64,000 nucleotides of DNA from Octopus vulgaris (lineage: Eukaryota): contig OX597823.1 of the NCBI GenBank assembly GCA_951406725.2, positions 14,508,001-14,572,000 of the forward strand, read 5' to 3'. The stretch's first letter is position 1. Each line of letters starts with the position of its first letter. Under the pieces are notes generated by a model that worked only from the letters and a program-made list of their open reading frames with translations, was not told the DNA's origin and ran no database searches. The translations under genes were made by a program, and so were the position numbers. Shown here piece after piece: positions 1 to 13,724 of this stretch.

Positions 1-709
1 CCTTGTCTCATAAATAGTGATTGACTTAATCTATTACCCAGTTTAACATTCTAAACTTCCACCAGTCTCATAGGACCTGAAAAGAGCCATAGGTACTGCC
101 CTCCATCCTTAGAATTGAGCCAGCAAAAAATAGGAATTTTGCAGGAAAAACAAACAGGCTAAAAAGAAATTGGAGACGATTGACTTTTCGACAAAGGAAC
201 ATTTGAAATGGTTAGTTCAAATGAAAACTACTTTCGATCGAACTTCTGAAGCCCTGAGGACTAGTTGTGACATAGCAATGCAGATCTTGATACATCTAGA
301 TACATAGACGCAGTTCTGTTATGGATTCTTTTTAATTGCTGGGTTTTGAGAGAGCAGGTGTGCCTATGACCTTCACAGGCCTTCTGCCATATGCCGATGG
401 GATTGTTGCCATTAATGGAACATTTTAAAATGAACTCGGGCAGGAGAGCTACACGGAAGTAAGGAACTGCAAAGGAATAATGTCCTGGGAAGGAAGACTG
501 GGAAGAGTAAATAGTGCTGGACTTGTGAAGTCGGAGACATAAGAGGAAAAGGGGCCAAGACTTTGGAAAAGTTGATTGGTGACAAATGATTCTGTCACTT
601 TTGTGATGTTAGAAACGAAACCAGTATATCGACAGTTGAGAGGTTCAGAGAGATTTCGTTCGTAAGAGTTGAGATATAATGTAGCAGGTTTCAAAAGACT
701 GACTCGGTC

Positions 710-797
710 TTGCTCAAGGACACAACGTGTCACTGGGAATTGAACTCACAACCTTACGTTCGTGAGCCTAATGCTCTAACCACCAAGACCCGCGCCT
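710..797 (-). mobile_element. tRNA-derived SINE head fragment (CORE-type)
   Basis: Minus strand has A/B-box-like GGTCTTGGTGG..GAGTTCAATTCCC followed by TGTGTCCTTGAGCAAG, as in other SINE copies here. Confidence 0.6.
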
Positions 798-991
798 TCA
801 CACACACGCACACACACACATATATGTACACATACATATATACATACATATATATATACATACATATACACATATGTATACATACAAATACACACACACA
901 TATATATATATAAACATACATATATATACATATATATACATATATATACATATACACATATATACACATATAGATACATATATACCTATAC

Positions 992-1025
<34 letters not shown>

Positions 1026-1118
1026 GTATGTATATGTATGCGAGTGTGTATGTATATGCATATATAAGCGTGTATGTATGTATGTATGTATGTATGTATG
1101 TATGTATGTATGTATGTA

Positions 1119-1155
<37 letters not shown>

Positions 1156-1711
1156 ATGTATGTATGTATGTATGTATGTATGCATGCATGTATGCTTGTA
1201 TATAAAGTTACAGCGTGACGACAGAAGAGTGTCGGTAGAAAGATTTTCACTTTATGCAAATTCATTTTGCGGCGTTCGCAACTTTCATAACGGAAAGCAA
1301 TATGGCGGATTTAATGCGTTGCATTTAAAATGGCGAGCACCCATGCAGTTTTCGTGACGTGGCAAATATCAACTATAGACAGACACACTAACGCTAACGA
1401 ATTCACACCACAAACACACATGTTTATACTCGTACACAGTCCACTCACAGGCACGCGCACGCGCGCGTATATATATTTATTTGCGCGTTTAAGTATATAT
1501 GTATGCAAACGTGTATATGTGTATATGTTTGTGGTTGTGTATGGATGTGCATGTACGTGTTTGTCTATGGATATATATGCATGTATATATGTATATGTAT
1601 ATATGTATATATGTATATATATGCATGGATATATATGCATGTATCTATATATGTGTATATGCATATTTATATAGATGCACACACGAATACACACATAGAC
1701 ACACATACAAA

Positions 1712-1746
<35 letters not shown>

Positions 1747-1749
<3 letters not shown>

Positions 1750-2077
1750 AAAAGTCAGGATACGATAGGTACCTGTTTGCTTGAAAGAGCAGTTAAAATT
1801 CTCCAAAACCACTCATATTTCATTAAACGTAGGAAACATTCATCCTATTTGTTAAATGCCTTCATAAAATACAGAAGGCGAACTCAATGGATCCCACAAT
1901 ATCTATGATCTTATTTGTATTTTACTATACGTATTTTACAAATAGGAGAACTGTTTCGGAGAAATATGTTTGCTACATCCCCCGTGCGTTTTTACGTTTA
2001 GTGAGAGACGAGTAGTTTGGGAAGATTTTAACTCCTCTTTCAAGCAAACAGGTACTTATCGTACCCTGAATTTTTAT
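1747..2077. mobile_element. Long-TIR foldback/MITE-like element
   Basis: ATAAAAAGTCAGGATACGATAGGTACCTGTTTGCTTGAAAGAG.. is inverted at ..CTCTTTCAAGCAAACAGGTACTTATCGTACCCTGAATTTTTAT; imperfect arms of about 70-90 bp. Confidence 0.65.
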
Positions 2078-2164
2078 TATGAATAATGCTTATTTGAATT
2101 AAGTTTCCTGGCCACTTTATCATTATTTTTATAGATAATGATAACTTATTCGAATTATATATAT

Positions 2165-2272
2165 TGGCCTGCTCGCTTAACCAGCGGGGTGGCGTCATTT
2201 CAAGGCTAAAACAATGCGAAGCGCATTGTGACCAGCGATGTGCTGCAACATCTGATAGCCTGGTCGGTCACG

Positions 2273-2276
<4 letters not shown>
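2165..2276 (+). mobile_element. 3' part of RTE-tail SINE
   Basis: Matches the 3' half of 14617-14875; ends GGTCACGGTGA then (TA)n. Confidence 0.6.
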
Positions 2277-2344
<68 letters not shown>

Positions 2345-2375
2345 TGTATGTATGTATGTATGTATGTATGTATGT

Positions 2376-2967
2376 GCAAAATTGTATATTTTATGCATGT
2401 ATTTTCATGCATATAGTTGCATATCTAGACATGCTCATATATATTTAAATGATAAACTTTTGGAAAGTTTTACTGATTTTTACAGTTCCAGTGATGGACT
2501 GGATCTGTAGTCTTTGAATTAGCTACCTCCTTTCTCGTTTTGAGAAGCCTAATTTCTCAAGATTGGTATTTAGGTAGTGTGTTACATATCCCAGGACCAC
2601 AATAATTACAGGTATAAACCTGAACTTGTAATCTGGATAGACTAATTGCAGATTTCTCAATAATTCAGCATAAATGTTCTCTTTTTCATTGATCTTCAGC
2701 TTTATGTTAACATCCCCCGGGCAGCTAGTTTCCACAACTGTGTACAGTTTTCTTCTCTATCCCAAATCATTATATCAGGTCAGTTGAGCTTACATTTATT
2801 GAGGTCTTTACTGATACATTCTACCAGTATTCCTTTTTTATTATGTGTGGCTATGCCTTGTACCATATTGTGGGTTTTTATTTCTTTGTCCTCGGGATTA
2901 ATCTTCCCACGGATTTCATTATAGAGTGTCCTAGCTACAACACCATGTCTCATCGGTAGATAATACC
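2376..2967 (-). mobile_element. R4/Dong-like non-LTR retrotransposon 3' fragment (restriction-like endonuclease domain)
   Basis: Translates RYYLPMRHGVVARTLYNEIR, PDIMIW, ETSCPGDVNIKLKINEKENIYAEL..IPVIIVVLG (RLE RH/PD/E/K motifs), with frameshifts and stops. Confidence 0.8.
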
Positions 2968-3196
2968 TATTCCTTTACTACCCACAAGGGGCTAAACACA
3001 GAGAGGACAAACAAGGACAGACAAACGGATTAAGTCGATTATATCGACCCCAGTGTGTAACTGGTACTTAATTTATCGACTCCGAAAGGATGAAATGCAA
3101 AGTCGACCACGGCAGAATTTGAACTCAGAACGTAATGGCAGACAAAATACGGCTACGCATTTCGCTCGGTGTGCTAACGTTTCTGCCAGCTCGCCG
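2968..3196 (-). mobile_element. Meta-domain-like tRNA SINE
   Basis: Same consensus as 35625-35843 (GTCGACTTTGCxTTTCATCCTTTCGGxGTCGATAAATTAAGTACC); CGGTAGATAATACC repeated at 2954 and 3213. Confidence 0.8.
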
Positions 3197-3651
3197 TCTT
3201 AGATAGATAATACGGTAGATAATACCGTTTTTCCTTTAGCGGTTTTAGGCTACCATGAGCCTTCTCTTATGTTATTATTATATCGTATATTCTCTAATTA
3301 GTTTTGTTTACGTTATGCAATGCTATTTATTGTGTTTCCTACTTGGAAATAGATTATTTTATTTGGCTTTTTAAGTAAGGGTGTATATAATGATTAAAAC
3401 GTCACTTATAACTTAAGTGTTATCATTATACGCAAATCCGAACTACAGTTTGTAACGACATAGAGAAATATACTTTACGGAACGCTAACGAATATTAGCG
3501 TCATGAATGTATAATATTATCTTCGTGTTCATTTAACCGCTATAAGAAAATACAATTTAATAATTACGAAAATGCATATTTATACACACTAAAAAAACGT
3601 GAAGAGAAAACATTTTCTTAATTAGTTTTATTATATAAATATAACGAAATG

Positions 3652-4640
3652 GTTGGACATTGCTCGAGTGCGTGCAGAACGGTTTCGTCGCTCCGATCGC
3701 ATCTCGGTCAAGTCGGTCCGGTGTGTCTCGAACCGTGCCTGTAGACCTTATCCCGAACGGGCAATGCTTCTCGATAGCACCGACATGCCAGGGATCTCTA
3801 GTGATTGTCCATAGGTCTCGGCCCGATAGTTGTCCTGAACAGGCGGATCAGGTGTTCCTCGTCGACGCCCAGATTCTGCCCGAGAACGTCGTCGCACCTC
3901 CCCTCTACTAATCCTCTATAAAACGCCTTTGTGGAATTGAAGTAGCACAAGTTTGGTCCCGGACGGCAGAGTTGCTTGAGAGCAAGGCGACACTCGCAGT
4001 GCCATTCGCCTAGCCTCGGTCTCTGTTTGATCCATGACTGCAGTTCAGCCTAGGAGAGAAGCTGCAGGAGAGCGCGCCGTACAAACGGCGACCACACCTG
4101 TTCACCGTCGTCTATGAAGCGCCGGAAATGCCGCAGTCTCAGGGCATGTCTGCGCATCATCACCACGGCATGCCCAGCTCTCCATTTAGTGGATGTTGAC
4201 AGCAAATAGATCGCCTAACCATCGGAACGTTTCCTTTCCACAAAAAGCGGAAGAGTATGCGTTCCAGTTTGTTGATGGTAGGGTCGGGACAAGGCACGAC
4301 GGGCAGACAGTAATCGAGGATGGATGCGATGTACGCGTTCGCCACCTCCGCTTGACCTTTTAAGGATAGCTTCCTTTCGGCACATTGCTGGGTGAAGACA
4401 GGGGGCATCCATGACGAACTGAACACGTGATGTTAAATGGTCTGGACAGATGACCATTTACGCGAAATACCGAGCGGATGCCGCTGTATAAGGCGGTGAT
4501 CCAAGCGCGGAAAACGGGACCGAAACCAGCCGCTCTTAGGACAGCCTCCAAGTAGAGATGGTCTACCCTATCGAAAGATTTTGATTGATCCAAATTGATC
4601 AGCGCCCCACCCATGCCAGGTTCCTTCACTACCCTCATAC
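3652..4640 (-). mobile_element. Tx1/L1-clade LINE ORF2 fragment, internally deleted
   Basis: LINLDQSKSFDRVDHLYLEAVLRAAGFG, SVRHGCPLS, LERILFRFLW, GELGMP; 3660-3925 is paralogous to 5690-5955. Confidence 0.85.
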
Positions 4641-4892
4641 AATGGAACTTCTGTGAGGAACCTCGTAATAAAGCTTGTTCAATCCGTCTTCTCTTGTTCA
4701 TATTTTTGTATATGCTTAGATATTAATGTGTGTATGCACGTATGTACTTGTACATACACATACATTCACACACACGCGCGCGCGCACACACACACACACA
4801 CGCACACATATAATGTATGTATACACACGCACAAATACATATTCGTACATGCAAAGATACATACATAGAGATTGGGTGATAGATAGATAGAT

Positions 4893-5955
4893 AAGTTTCT
4901 TTATTGGCCACACAGGGCTGCACACAGATGGGACAAGTTACAAGGTAGAGCTTTTCTTTTGAGGGAGAAAAAAAAAAAGGTGGCGTAGGTTTTCGATCAA
5001 AAGGGATCGTAAAAGGGAAAAAAGAACAAAAAAAAAGGAAAAAAGAAAAAAGGAAAAGAAAAAAAGAAAAAAGGGAAAAAAAGAAAAGAAAAATGAAAAA
5101 AGAAGAAAAAAGAGGAAAAAAGGGGGAGAGGAAGAAAAAAATGATCAATAGGGATCGTGTATCACAGTGTCATGATGTATGGTGTAAAGGGGAAAGCAAG
5201 TAAGGTTTATCCGTGGGAAGAAAAGCCTACGAAAAAGACCACGGTAACCTTGACCAATATTGTTGTATGTTACCACATTTGTTTGCAAGTGGGTAACCCT
5301 CTGTTTTCAATTTCTGGGTTCATAGGATTATGCTCAAGGTGGCTTCGTCATTCATACGTGCCATCCTTGCTACATTCACCCATCTTTTTTTAAAACGTTC
5401 GCTAGACAAAACTTGCCTCTCTACTCTCACTTTCCTTTTCAAGTGGTACTTGAAGAAGTTGATGAGAGGTTGACCAGAGAGGAAAATGTTTGTCTCCAAT
5501 CCTTTCAGACGCGTCCACCAGATACATTCTTTCGCCATAGCCACAAGGATGATGAAAATAGCTCTTCCTTCCCGTTTGAAGGAAGGAGGCGTGACAATAT
5601 TGACGATAGACTCAGCTGATAAACCGACTCGTCCCACACGTGACAGCAGTTGTTCGACATAAGCCCACAGGTCGGAAATTGTTGGACACTGCACGAGTGT
5701 GTGCAGAACGGTTTCGTCGCTCTGACCGCATCTCGGGCAGGTCGGCCTCGTGTTTCTCGAGCTGTGTCTGTAGAGCTTATCCCGAACGGGTAGCGCTTCT
5801 CGGTAGCACTGCCAGGCCAGGGATCTCTGGAGGTTGTCCATGGGGCCTGGCCCGAAAGTCGTCCCGAACAGGCGGGTCAGGTATTCCTCGTCGACGTCCA
5901 GGTTCGCCCCGAGCTCGTCGTCCTACCTCCCCTCCACTAATCCCCTATAGAATGC
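4893..5955 (-). mobile_element. 5'-truncated Tx1/L1-clade LINE (zf-RVT C-terminus, 3'UTR, AATAAA end)
   Basis: WQCYREALPVRDKL..CPRCGQSDETVLHTLVQCP zinc knuckle; ends GGCCAATAAAGAAACTT; (GATA)n on both flanks. Confidence 0.85.
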
Positions 5956-5956
5956 T

Positions 5957-6005
<49 letters not shown>

Positions 6006-6022
6006 CAGATAGATCGATAGAC

Positions 6023-6085
<63 letters not shown>

Positions 6086-6218
6086 CGAATAGATAACTGG
6101 ATAGACAGACGTACTGTCAGAGAGATCGCTCAATCGATAGATGGATAGATAAGTAGATAAGTAGATCGATAGATCGAACGATAGATAGATAGACAGACAG
6201 ATAGATAGACAGACAGGC

Positions 6219-6305
<87 letters not shown>

Positions 6306-6336
6306 CAGACAGATAGATAGATAGATAGATAGATAG
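5956..6336. repeat. (GATA)n/(GACA)n microsatellite
   Basis: Seen directly. Confidence 0.95.
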
Positions 6337-6813
6337 AGCGACAAACAGATACAATGAAAGGCAAACACATAGATAAAATTCCATAATGAATTTCGTTTAT
6401 TCCTTCATCACATTTAGCAATTTCACTATTTATTTCAAAAGTGACTCAATAGCAGAGGAAAAAAAAAACACATACAAATTGAAAACAAGATATTTTTAAA
6501 TGTCTATATTCAGGTTTTACAGGAAATATTTCATTTGTCGACAGAGTGAGTGCCTGTTAGAGCTGCGCTACAGCTATGGCGAATGGTTGATATGCAATCA
6601 CCTCTTATTCAGACGATGTGCTGCTCTAGTGCGCTAATGTTCTGATTGACATTACTACAGTCGGTATAACGCTACTGCATCGCTGCAATGATAATACTGA
6701 ACTGCTTGCTACACTGCTACACTCGTAGTACACTGCTGCGCTTGTGTAATATTTGAGATTGCATGTGTAATCGGTTGTCAACTGTTAAATACATACATAT
6801 ATGTATATGTATG

Positions 6814-6855
<42 letters not shown>

Positions 6856-6856
<1 letters not shown>

Positions 6857-7176
6857 CGTCGAGCTTACGATCGTGAGGTTGTGAGCTCGAATCCCGGACC
6901 GGGCTGCGTGTTGTGTTCTTGAGCAAGGCACTTTATTTTTCACGTTGCTCCAGTTCACTCAGCTGTAGAAATGAGTTGCGACGTCACAGGTGCCAAGCTG
7001 TATCGGCCCCTTTGCCTTTCCCTTGGAAAACACTGGTGGCGTGGAGAGGGGAGGCCGGTATGCATGGGCGACTGCTGGTCTTCCATAAACAACCTTGCCC
7101 GGACTTGTGCCTCAGAGAGTAACTCTCTAGGTGCAATCCCATGGTCATTCATGACCGAAGGGTGTCTTTACCCTTT
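6856..7176 (+). mobile_element. CORE-type tRNA SINE, type D
   Basis: B-box GAGCTCGAATCC, CORE-like TTGAGCAAGGCACTTTA; second copy at 24829-25164. Confidence 0.75.
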
Positions 7177-7234
7177 TATATATTATATGCATGTATTTAT
7201 GTATGTATGTATGAATATTTATATTTATATATAA

Positions 7235-7294
<60 letters not shown>

Positions 7295-7420
7295 TAATAT
7301 GTATGTATGTATGTAAATGTATGAATGTATGTATATATGACTGTGTGAGTAGATGTATGATTGACTGTGTGCGTATATATATATATATATATATCCTTGT
7401 GTGTGTGTATGTGTTTATAC

Positions 7421-7737
7421 GCCTAGTACTTATTCTATCGGTCTGTTTTGCCGAACCGCTAAATTATGGGGACGTAAACACACCAGCATCGGTTGTCAAG
7501 CGATGTTGGGGGGTACAAACACAGACACACAAACATATACACACAGACACACGCGCGCGCGCGCATACATATACACATATATACGACGGGCTTCTTTCAG
7601 TTTTCGTCTACCAAATCCACTCACAAGGCTTTGGTCGGCCCGAGGCTATAGTAGAAGACACTTTCCTAAGGTGTCACGGAGTGGGACTGAACCCGGAACC
7701 ATGTGGTTCGTAATCAAGCTACTTACCACACAGCCAC
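7421..7737 (-). mobile_element. Abundant CORE-type tRNA SINE (type A), 3'-truncated
   Basis: Reverse complement of 14956-15346. Confidence 0.85.
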
Positions 7738-7849
7738 CATTGTTAATATTCAGATCTTATTGCATCACTTCCACTCTCTAATCCAATACGCCCGTAGATT
7801 CTGTTGATAGTTGATAGCCACAGAGTAGTTTGGCAGAATGAGGAAATGC

Positions 7850-8036
7850 TCAGCTCAGTATATCCTTAGCTCAGTACATCCTCAGCTCAGTACAACCTCA
7901 GCTCAGTAAATCCTCAGCTCAGTACATCCTCAGCTCAGTACATCCTCAGCTCAGTATATCCTCAGCTCAGTATATCCTCAGCTCAGTACATCCTCAGCTC
8001 AGTATATCTTCAGCTCAGTACATCCTCAGCTCAGTA
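7850..8036 (+). repeat. 16-bp minisatellite (TCAGCTCAGTACATCC), about 12 copies
   Basis: Direct tandem copies with no spacers. Confidence 0.9.
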
Positions 8037-8527
8037 TGTCTGGTCAATGAGGGTGTTCATGCTACATCTTTTTCTATGCGCATTATTTTTCTGCTTATGT
8101 AGGCTGACTGCAAACGAAATTTCCTTTAAGATGCTGCAGGTGTAATTTTCTCGGGTATTGTGCATGCATCTGGGTGTTTGCAGGCGGTTTGTCACGAAAT
8201 GACAGGTGAGTGGGGGAAGTCAAAGTTTGCTGCAAATCAAATTTGCTGCACGCATATCCAGCTGGACTTCCATTTTACAGTCATTTTGTTTCGTTGTCTA
8301 TGAATCATAATAGGTTGTATATACACAGACGGCTGGGTGTGATCTATGCACAACATTGTTATGATTCATACTAAACTGTCTTGTGTGCTTTGTAGTTTAT
8401 TGTGGTTTAAACTTGGAGAAACTGGAAACCAGGTAGGACTAGCATAATCCGCAATGGATCAAACGTATTGTCTGTAACTAATATTAAATGTTCACTGTTG
8501 CCGCTGCTGTTCTTTCTGCAGCAGCAG

Positions 8528-8539
8528 CAGTAGTAGTGT

Positions 8540-8594
<55 letters not shown>

Positions 8595-8617
8595 TAGTAG
8601 TAGTAGTTAGTAGTAGT

Positions 8618-8651
<34 letters not shown>

Positions 8652-8674
8652 TAGTAGTAGTAGTTAGTAGTAGT

Positions 8675-8711
<37 letters not shown>

Positions 8712-8824
8712 TGCAGTAGTAGTAGTAGAAGTAGTTAGTAGTAGTAGTAGTAGAAATAGTTAGTAGTAGTAGTAGTTAGTAGTTAGTAGTAGTAGCAGTA
8801 GTTAGTTGTAGTTGTAGTAGCAAC

Positions 8825-8877
<53 letters not shown>

Positions 8878-8925
8878 AAGTAGTAGAAGTAGTAGTTGTT
8901 GTTGCAGTAGTTAGTAGTAGTAGTA
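8528..8925. repeat. (TAG)n microsatellite
   Basis: Seen directly. Confidence 0.95.
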
Positions 8926-9021
8926 AAAATTGTCGGTACTATTCATAATTTTATTGTTGTGTACGTTGTAACTCGTTGTTTTTGTTATTGATGTTGCTGT
9001 TAATGATGATGTCATTACTGA

Positions 9022-9230
9022 GGCAGCGTGTTGGCAGAACCGTTAGCACGCCGGACAAAATACAGAGAAGCATCTCTTCCATCTTTACGTTCTGAGTTCT
9101 AATTGTGTCGAGGTCGGCCTTGCCTTTCGAGGACGATAAAAGAGGCGAGAGTACTAGTAGAGCACAGGGGCCGATATAATCGACTTTCCCTGTCTCCCAA
9201 AATTCCAGTCTTTGTACCAAAAGTGGGAAA
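9022..9230 (+). mobile_element. Diverged Meta-like SINE
   Basis: GGCAGAACCGTTAGCACGCCGG head, GAGGTCGGCCTTGCCTTTC central block. Confidence 0.65.
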
Positions 9231-10124
9231 TATCAATGTCAAAATTACCAAAGCTAAAGCCATGTCAGTTAGCAGTTGATGTATTAGACTCATGATTGGT
9301 AGGTTGTGCGTTCAATTCGTGGACCAGGCGGCGCGTTGTGTTCTTTTCACATTGCTCCAGTCTACTCAGCCGAACGGAGGTGCAGCTCTTATCATCCTGC
9401 TGTCACATCTTTGAGTTCTGCTGGATCTTGAGTAAAAGCCCTAAGAAAGTATCCATATTTGTTCGCTGGCTGCATAGGCACCTAAAACAATTAACGAAAG
9501 CATGGTATAAGCTACCAGGTCGTTCTCGCTTACAAGTGAGAGATAAGCTTGTTAAAGCTATGTTAATGTTTATTACTATCAGTCTTAAGATTGATTGTTA
9601 TATAATTTATTACACTACTTAATATAATATTATCGACATATTGGTGGTGTTAGCAGCAGTATTTTATGCTGCTGTTTTTACACTTTGAAATCAAGCATCG
9701 TCTCTGCTAAATTCCACCTTACAGTGTTGTTGCTATTACTGTAGCCGAGGCCCTTATCAAGAAGTCAAATGGGTCAGAAGTGTTCAAACTGTGACCATTC
9801 TTTTCTCATACGTAATGTATCTATGGTCTCTTTTTTCTTAAAAGATTGCATTGTGTTATTGAGACCAAAATGGCTGCTATGTTTTTTATCAACGTATGGG
9901 GCCTCCTTTGTTACTATTATTTGTTTCGCTATTATCGGTGTTCTTAGTGTTGCATGTGTTGGTGTTGCGTGTTTTACTATTATTTGCTAACCGATTAGTT
10001 AAACCTATTACCAAAAGCATTTCAATCGTAACCATCACAATTGTGTATACAAATATATTTGCTGTGTCTGAAAGAAGGTCAGAGCACATGATGATGGTAG
10101 ATCATCCGTGACTTGTGAGAATGA

Positions 10125-10366
10125 TGCTTTAATATTCAGTTTAAACTGTTGCAGGTGAACACTGCAAGAAAGACGAATTGTAAGATTTCAGAGGACCGAT
10201 TTTCTAGGGTTGAAGGATTGAGAATAATTGTTAGTGCGGTAAAAGGGAGTGTTGGACGTACCAAGTGTGACAACAGATGGAAAAACGAGTGGATCGGGGG
10301 TATCTGAGTGGTGGAGGTACGAGACCAACCAGATCCGAGGAGAGGAAGCTATTTTAGCAGTAATAG

Positions 10367-10425
<59 letters not shown>

Positions 10426-11035
10426 CAGCACGCATGTGTGTCCGTTTCTAATGGAATGTGAACCAGCCAAGTGAGTCTCATCTGGATGCATGACAGTAGT
10501 TCCGTTACTCCACTGTGAGACCTACTTGATCCTTGTTGACTATCAGCAGTGGTTCAGGGTTGATAAGTCTTTTAGTCCTAAAGAAAAGTACGAGTAACTG
10601 GAATGCGGATCTATCTATGACAAGGATGTGTTTTTCCTCAAGAGAGATCCACAGTAATTGTAAGGCCCAGCATCTGGAACGATTGCAAGGGTTGTAGGTT
10701 TGTGCTGTTCATGTTTAGAGAGGGCGAGGGGTAGTGGTGTTTTCTTGATATGAGTAGTCAAGAGAAACCATCATGTTTTTTTGACATGGGCAGTCAAAAG
10801 GGACAAGGACGGCGCGGTCCCAATGAAGGATGCTTTCAAGGCGTCCGTTTATGGATTCAATGTAGGTTGGCAGTTTAGGTTTGTGGTGCCTAGGGTGCAT
10901 GTGGATACAGAATAAGAGGATGTTAGGGAACTATGAAGAGTCGTGTCATCTGTGAAAGGATGGTGACAAGAATGTCACTGATGGATAGAAGGAAGAAACC
11001 GAGGGACACACACAACAGCAACCTTCAAAACAAAC
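10125..11035 (-). mobile_element. Decayed CR1/Jockey-group LINE RT 3' half
   Basis: HPFTDDTTLHSS (YADD-like), FQMLGLTITVDLS*EKHI, RTNNYSQSFNPRKSVL* (RT..SF.PR..LWN); multiple stops; (GA)n insertion. Confidence 0.7.
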
Positions 11036-11045
11036 GTCTCGGTAA

Positions 11046-11074
<29 letters not shown>

Positions 11075-11076
<2 letters not shown>

Positions 11077-11222
11077 ATTCATTTCATCGTGTTCCTTTCT
11101 GACGAAGAGCGTAGGCTCGAAAAAGAAAATTTTTCTCACCTTCCCGCGCGTTAAACTAATACACCTGTTTGATGTTTATACACCTGTGTTCGTCTTTTGT
11201 TTTTCTGTAAATTTCAACTACA
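11075..11222 (+). mobile_element. Mini Penelope-like element with degenerate hammerhead
   Basis: CTGACGA-A-GAGC-GTAG-GCTC-GAAA at 11099-11122; same family as 44056-44262 but the cleavage triplet is lost. Confidence 0.6.
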
Positions 11223-11275
11223 TATATACATACATACATATATGCATATATATATATGTATATATATATATAACA

Positions 11276-12671
11276 TCTGAGGTGTTAAAGTCAGGCAGAG
11301 AGTAGCTCTCGGAAATCCTCGCCGAGCGATTCACACACTATCTAGATAAGGAAAGAATTCCCTCGCAGTGGAAAGAGTCAAATACCATCCTGCTATATAA
11401 GAAGGGCGATAGAGAAGATCTAAAGAACTACCGACCCATATGCCTGCTGTCTCACCTGTGCAAGCTGTTCACAAAGATAATTCTGAACAGGTTGTCACGT
11501 CACCTCGGCGAACAACAACCGAGGGAACAAGCCGGCTTCCGGAAAAACTACAGCGCGATGGACCATATATTTACTCTAACACAACTGCTTGAGCGAGCGA
11601 ATGAGTACAATCTGCCTCTTTGCGTTGTGTTTGAGACAGCGTCGAAACCAACGCAGTGCTGAACTCGCTGCAGAGGCAAGGAGTCGAGGCGCAATATGTG
11701 CAACTGCTCAGGGAGGCACATTCCGGATGCACCACCGACGTAGATCTGCTGTCATCACCCGTACGTGTGCTGGTCGAGAAGGAAGTGAAGCAAGGAGTTA
11801 CGTTTTCTCCAAAACTTTTCACTGCATGTCAGGAGCAGATCATCAGAGGCATCGACTGGCAAGACGGTGTCAACATCAATGGCGAGCTACTCACCCACCT
11901 CCGTTTCGCTGATGACATCGTAATCATCGCTGAAACCATGGATCAGCTTCAGACCATACAGACGGAGCTCGACATCAAAAGCTCTGCAGTAGGTCTCAAG
12001 ATGAGCCGCATGAAAACGAAGATCATGCGGTCAGTCAACGTACCAGCAGGTCGAATGGTGATCGGTAGTGATGAAATAGAGGAAGTAAAGAAATATGTCT
12101 ACCTGGGACAGGAAGTGAATATGTGCCGAGATATCGAAAAGGAGATCTCACGGAGAGTAAGGGCCTAATGGAAGGCGTTTAATGGCATAAGGGATGTGCT
12201 TAAGGGAAGGTTTGACAGGACCATCCGCGTCAACTTCATCAATAGCACAGTTCTGCCTGCAATGTTATATGGTAGTGAAACATGGGCTACAACAAAGAGA
12301 GAAGAGCAGAGATTGGTAACGGCTCAATGAGCCATGGAAAGGTCAACGCTTGGAATCTCGTTGAGAGAGCACATAAGTAGCGAGGTCATCAGAGAGAAGT
12401 CCGGCATGAGGGATGTCACCGTAGAATATACACGCAGCAAGTTTAGATGGCCTGGACACGTCGCCCGGCTTACCAATAATCGGTGGACTCGCGCAGTCGT
12501 CGAGTGATACCCGCGCGAGTGGAAACGACCACTCGGAAGGCCTCCACGACGGTGGAGTTACTCTTTCAGGATGGTGATTGGGATCACGTGGATGAGAAAG
12601 GTGCAATCCAGAGAGGAGTGGACAGCGTGCTGTGATCAGCGGTGTCAAATGGACACCCGACGGTGGTCAAG

Positions 12672-12675
<4 letters not shown>
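11276..12675 (+). mobile_element. 5'-truncated RTE-clade LINE (RT pseudogene)
   Basis: KKGDREDLKNYRPICLLS, EQAGFRK, KQGVTFSPKLF, HLRFADD, YVYLGQ, MLYGSETW, RWPGHVAR; stops and a deletion; (TA)n flanks. Confidence 0.92.
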
Positions 12676-12711
<36 letters not shown>

Positions 12712-13100
12712 TCGAGAGAGAGAGAGAGAGGGACATAGACTGCATTCAGTAATCTGAACTTGAACGAGCTAGGTTTCTGTTAGAAGCCTACGAAACTAAG
12801 CGGCAGATAACAGAAGCCGTTTTAAGTAAGCTTTTCTTTATTGGCCACAGGGGCAAGGCTGTTTAAAATAATAATACATATAACTCCTACTATATGCGTT
12901 CGGTACTTTTTTCTTTCGTCAGTCCACTGTATGTGTATACGTGTACATATATATGTGTGTACACATATGTACGTGTATGTATGTAAGTATGCATGTATGC
13001 ACGTATGTTGTATGTAGTTGTACATGCATCAGCATGCAGGTATATATAAATATATATCCCGCACTACCATGAACACAAAATCATTACCTGATATATATAC

Positions 13101-13139
<39 letters not shown>

Positions 13140-13150
13140 CAGTATATATA

Positions 13151-13419
13151 TATTTCTTTATTGCCCACATGGGGTTAAACATAGAAGAGACAAACAAGAA
13201 CAGACAAAGATTTTAAGTCGATTATATCGAGTCCAGTGTGTAACTGGTACTTATTTAATTAATCACCCCCGGAAGGATGAAAGGCAAAGTCGACCTCGGC
13301 GGAATTTGAACTCAGAACGTAACGACAGACGAAATATCGCTAAACATAAATCGCTCGGCGTGCTAACGATTCTGCCAGCTCACCGCCCTTATACACACAC
13401 ACACACACACAGACACACA

Positions 13420-13494
<75 letters not shown>

Positions 13495-13724
13495 TTCTTT
13501 ATTACCCACAAGGGGCTAAACATAGAAGGGACAAACAAGGACAAACAAATGGATTAAATCGATTACATCAACCCCAGTGCTTTACTGGTACTTAATTTAT
13601 CGACCCCGAAAGGATGAAAGGCAAAGTCGACCTCGGCGGAATTTGAACTCAGAACGTAACTACAGACGAAATACCGCTAAACATAAATCGCTCGGCGTGC
13701 TAACGATTCTGCCAGCTCGCCGCC
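13151..13724 (-). mobile_element. Two Meta-like SINEs (13151-13387, 13492-13724)
   Basis: Consensus match; both share the variant TAAACATAAATCGCTCGG. Confidence 0.85.

Noticed and set aside
1-705. Possible very old CR1-like LINE on the minus strand
   Set aside because: Only vague resemblance; no diagnostic motif could be read with confidence.
7850-8036. Possible CRISPR-like array
   Set aside because: The 16-bp units are contiguous with no unique spacers, and the context is eukaryotic.
12755-12860. Hammerhead-like TGAACGA..CGAAAC, and a Tx1-like end TTTCTTTATTGGCCAC
   Set aside because: The core and stems I/III do not fit an HHR, and the Tx1 match is too short to call.
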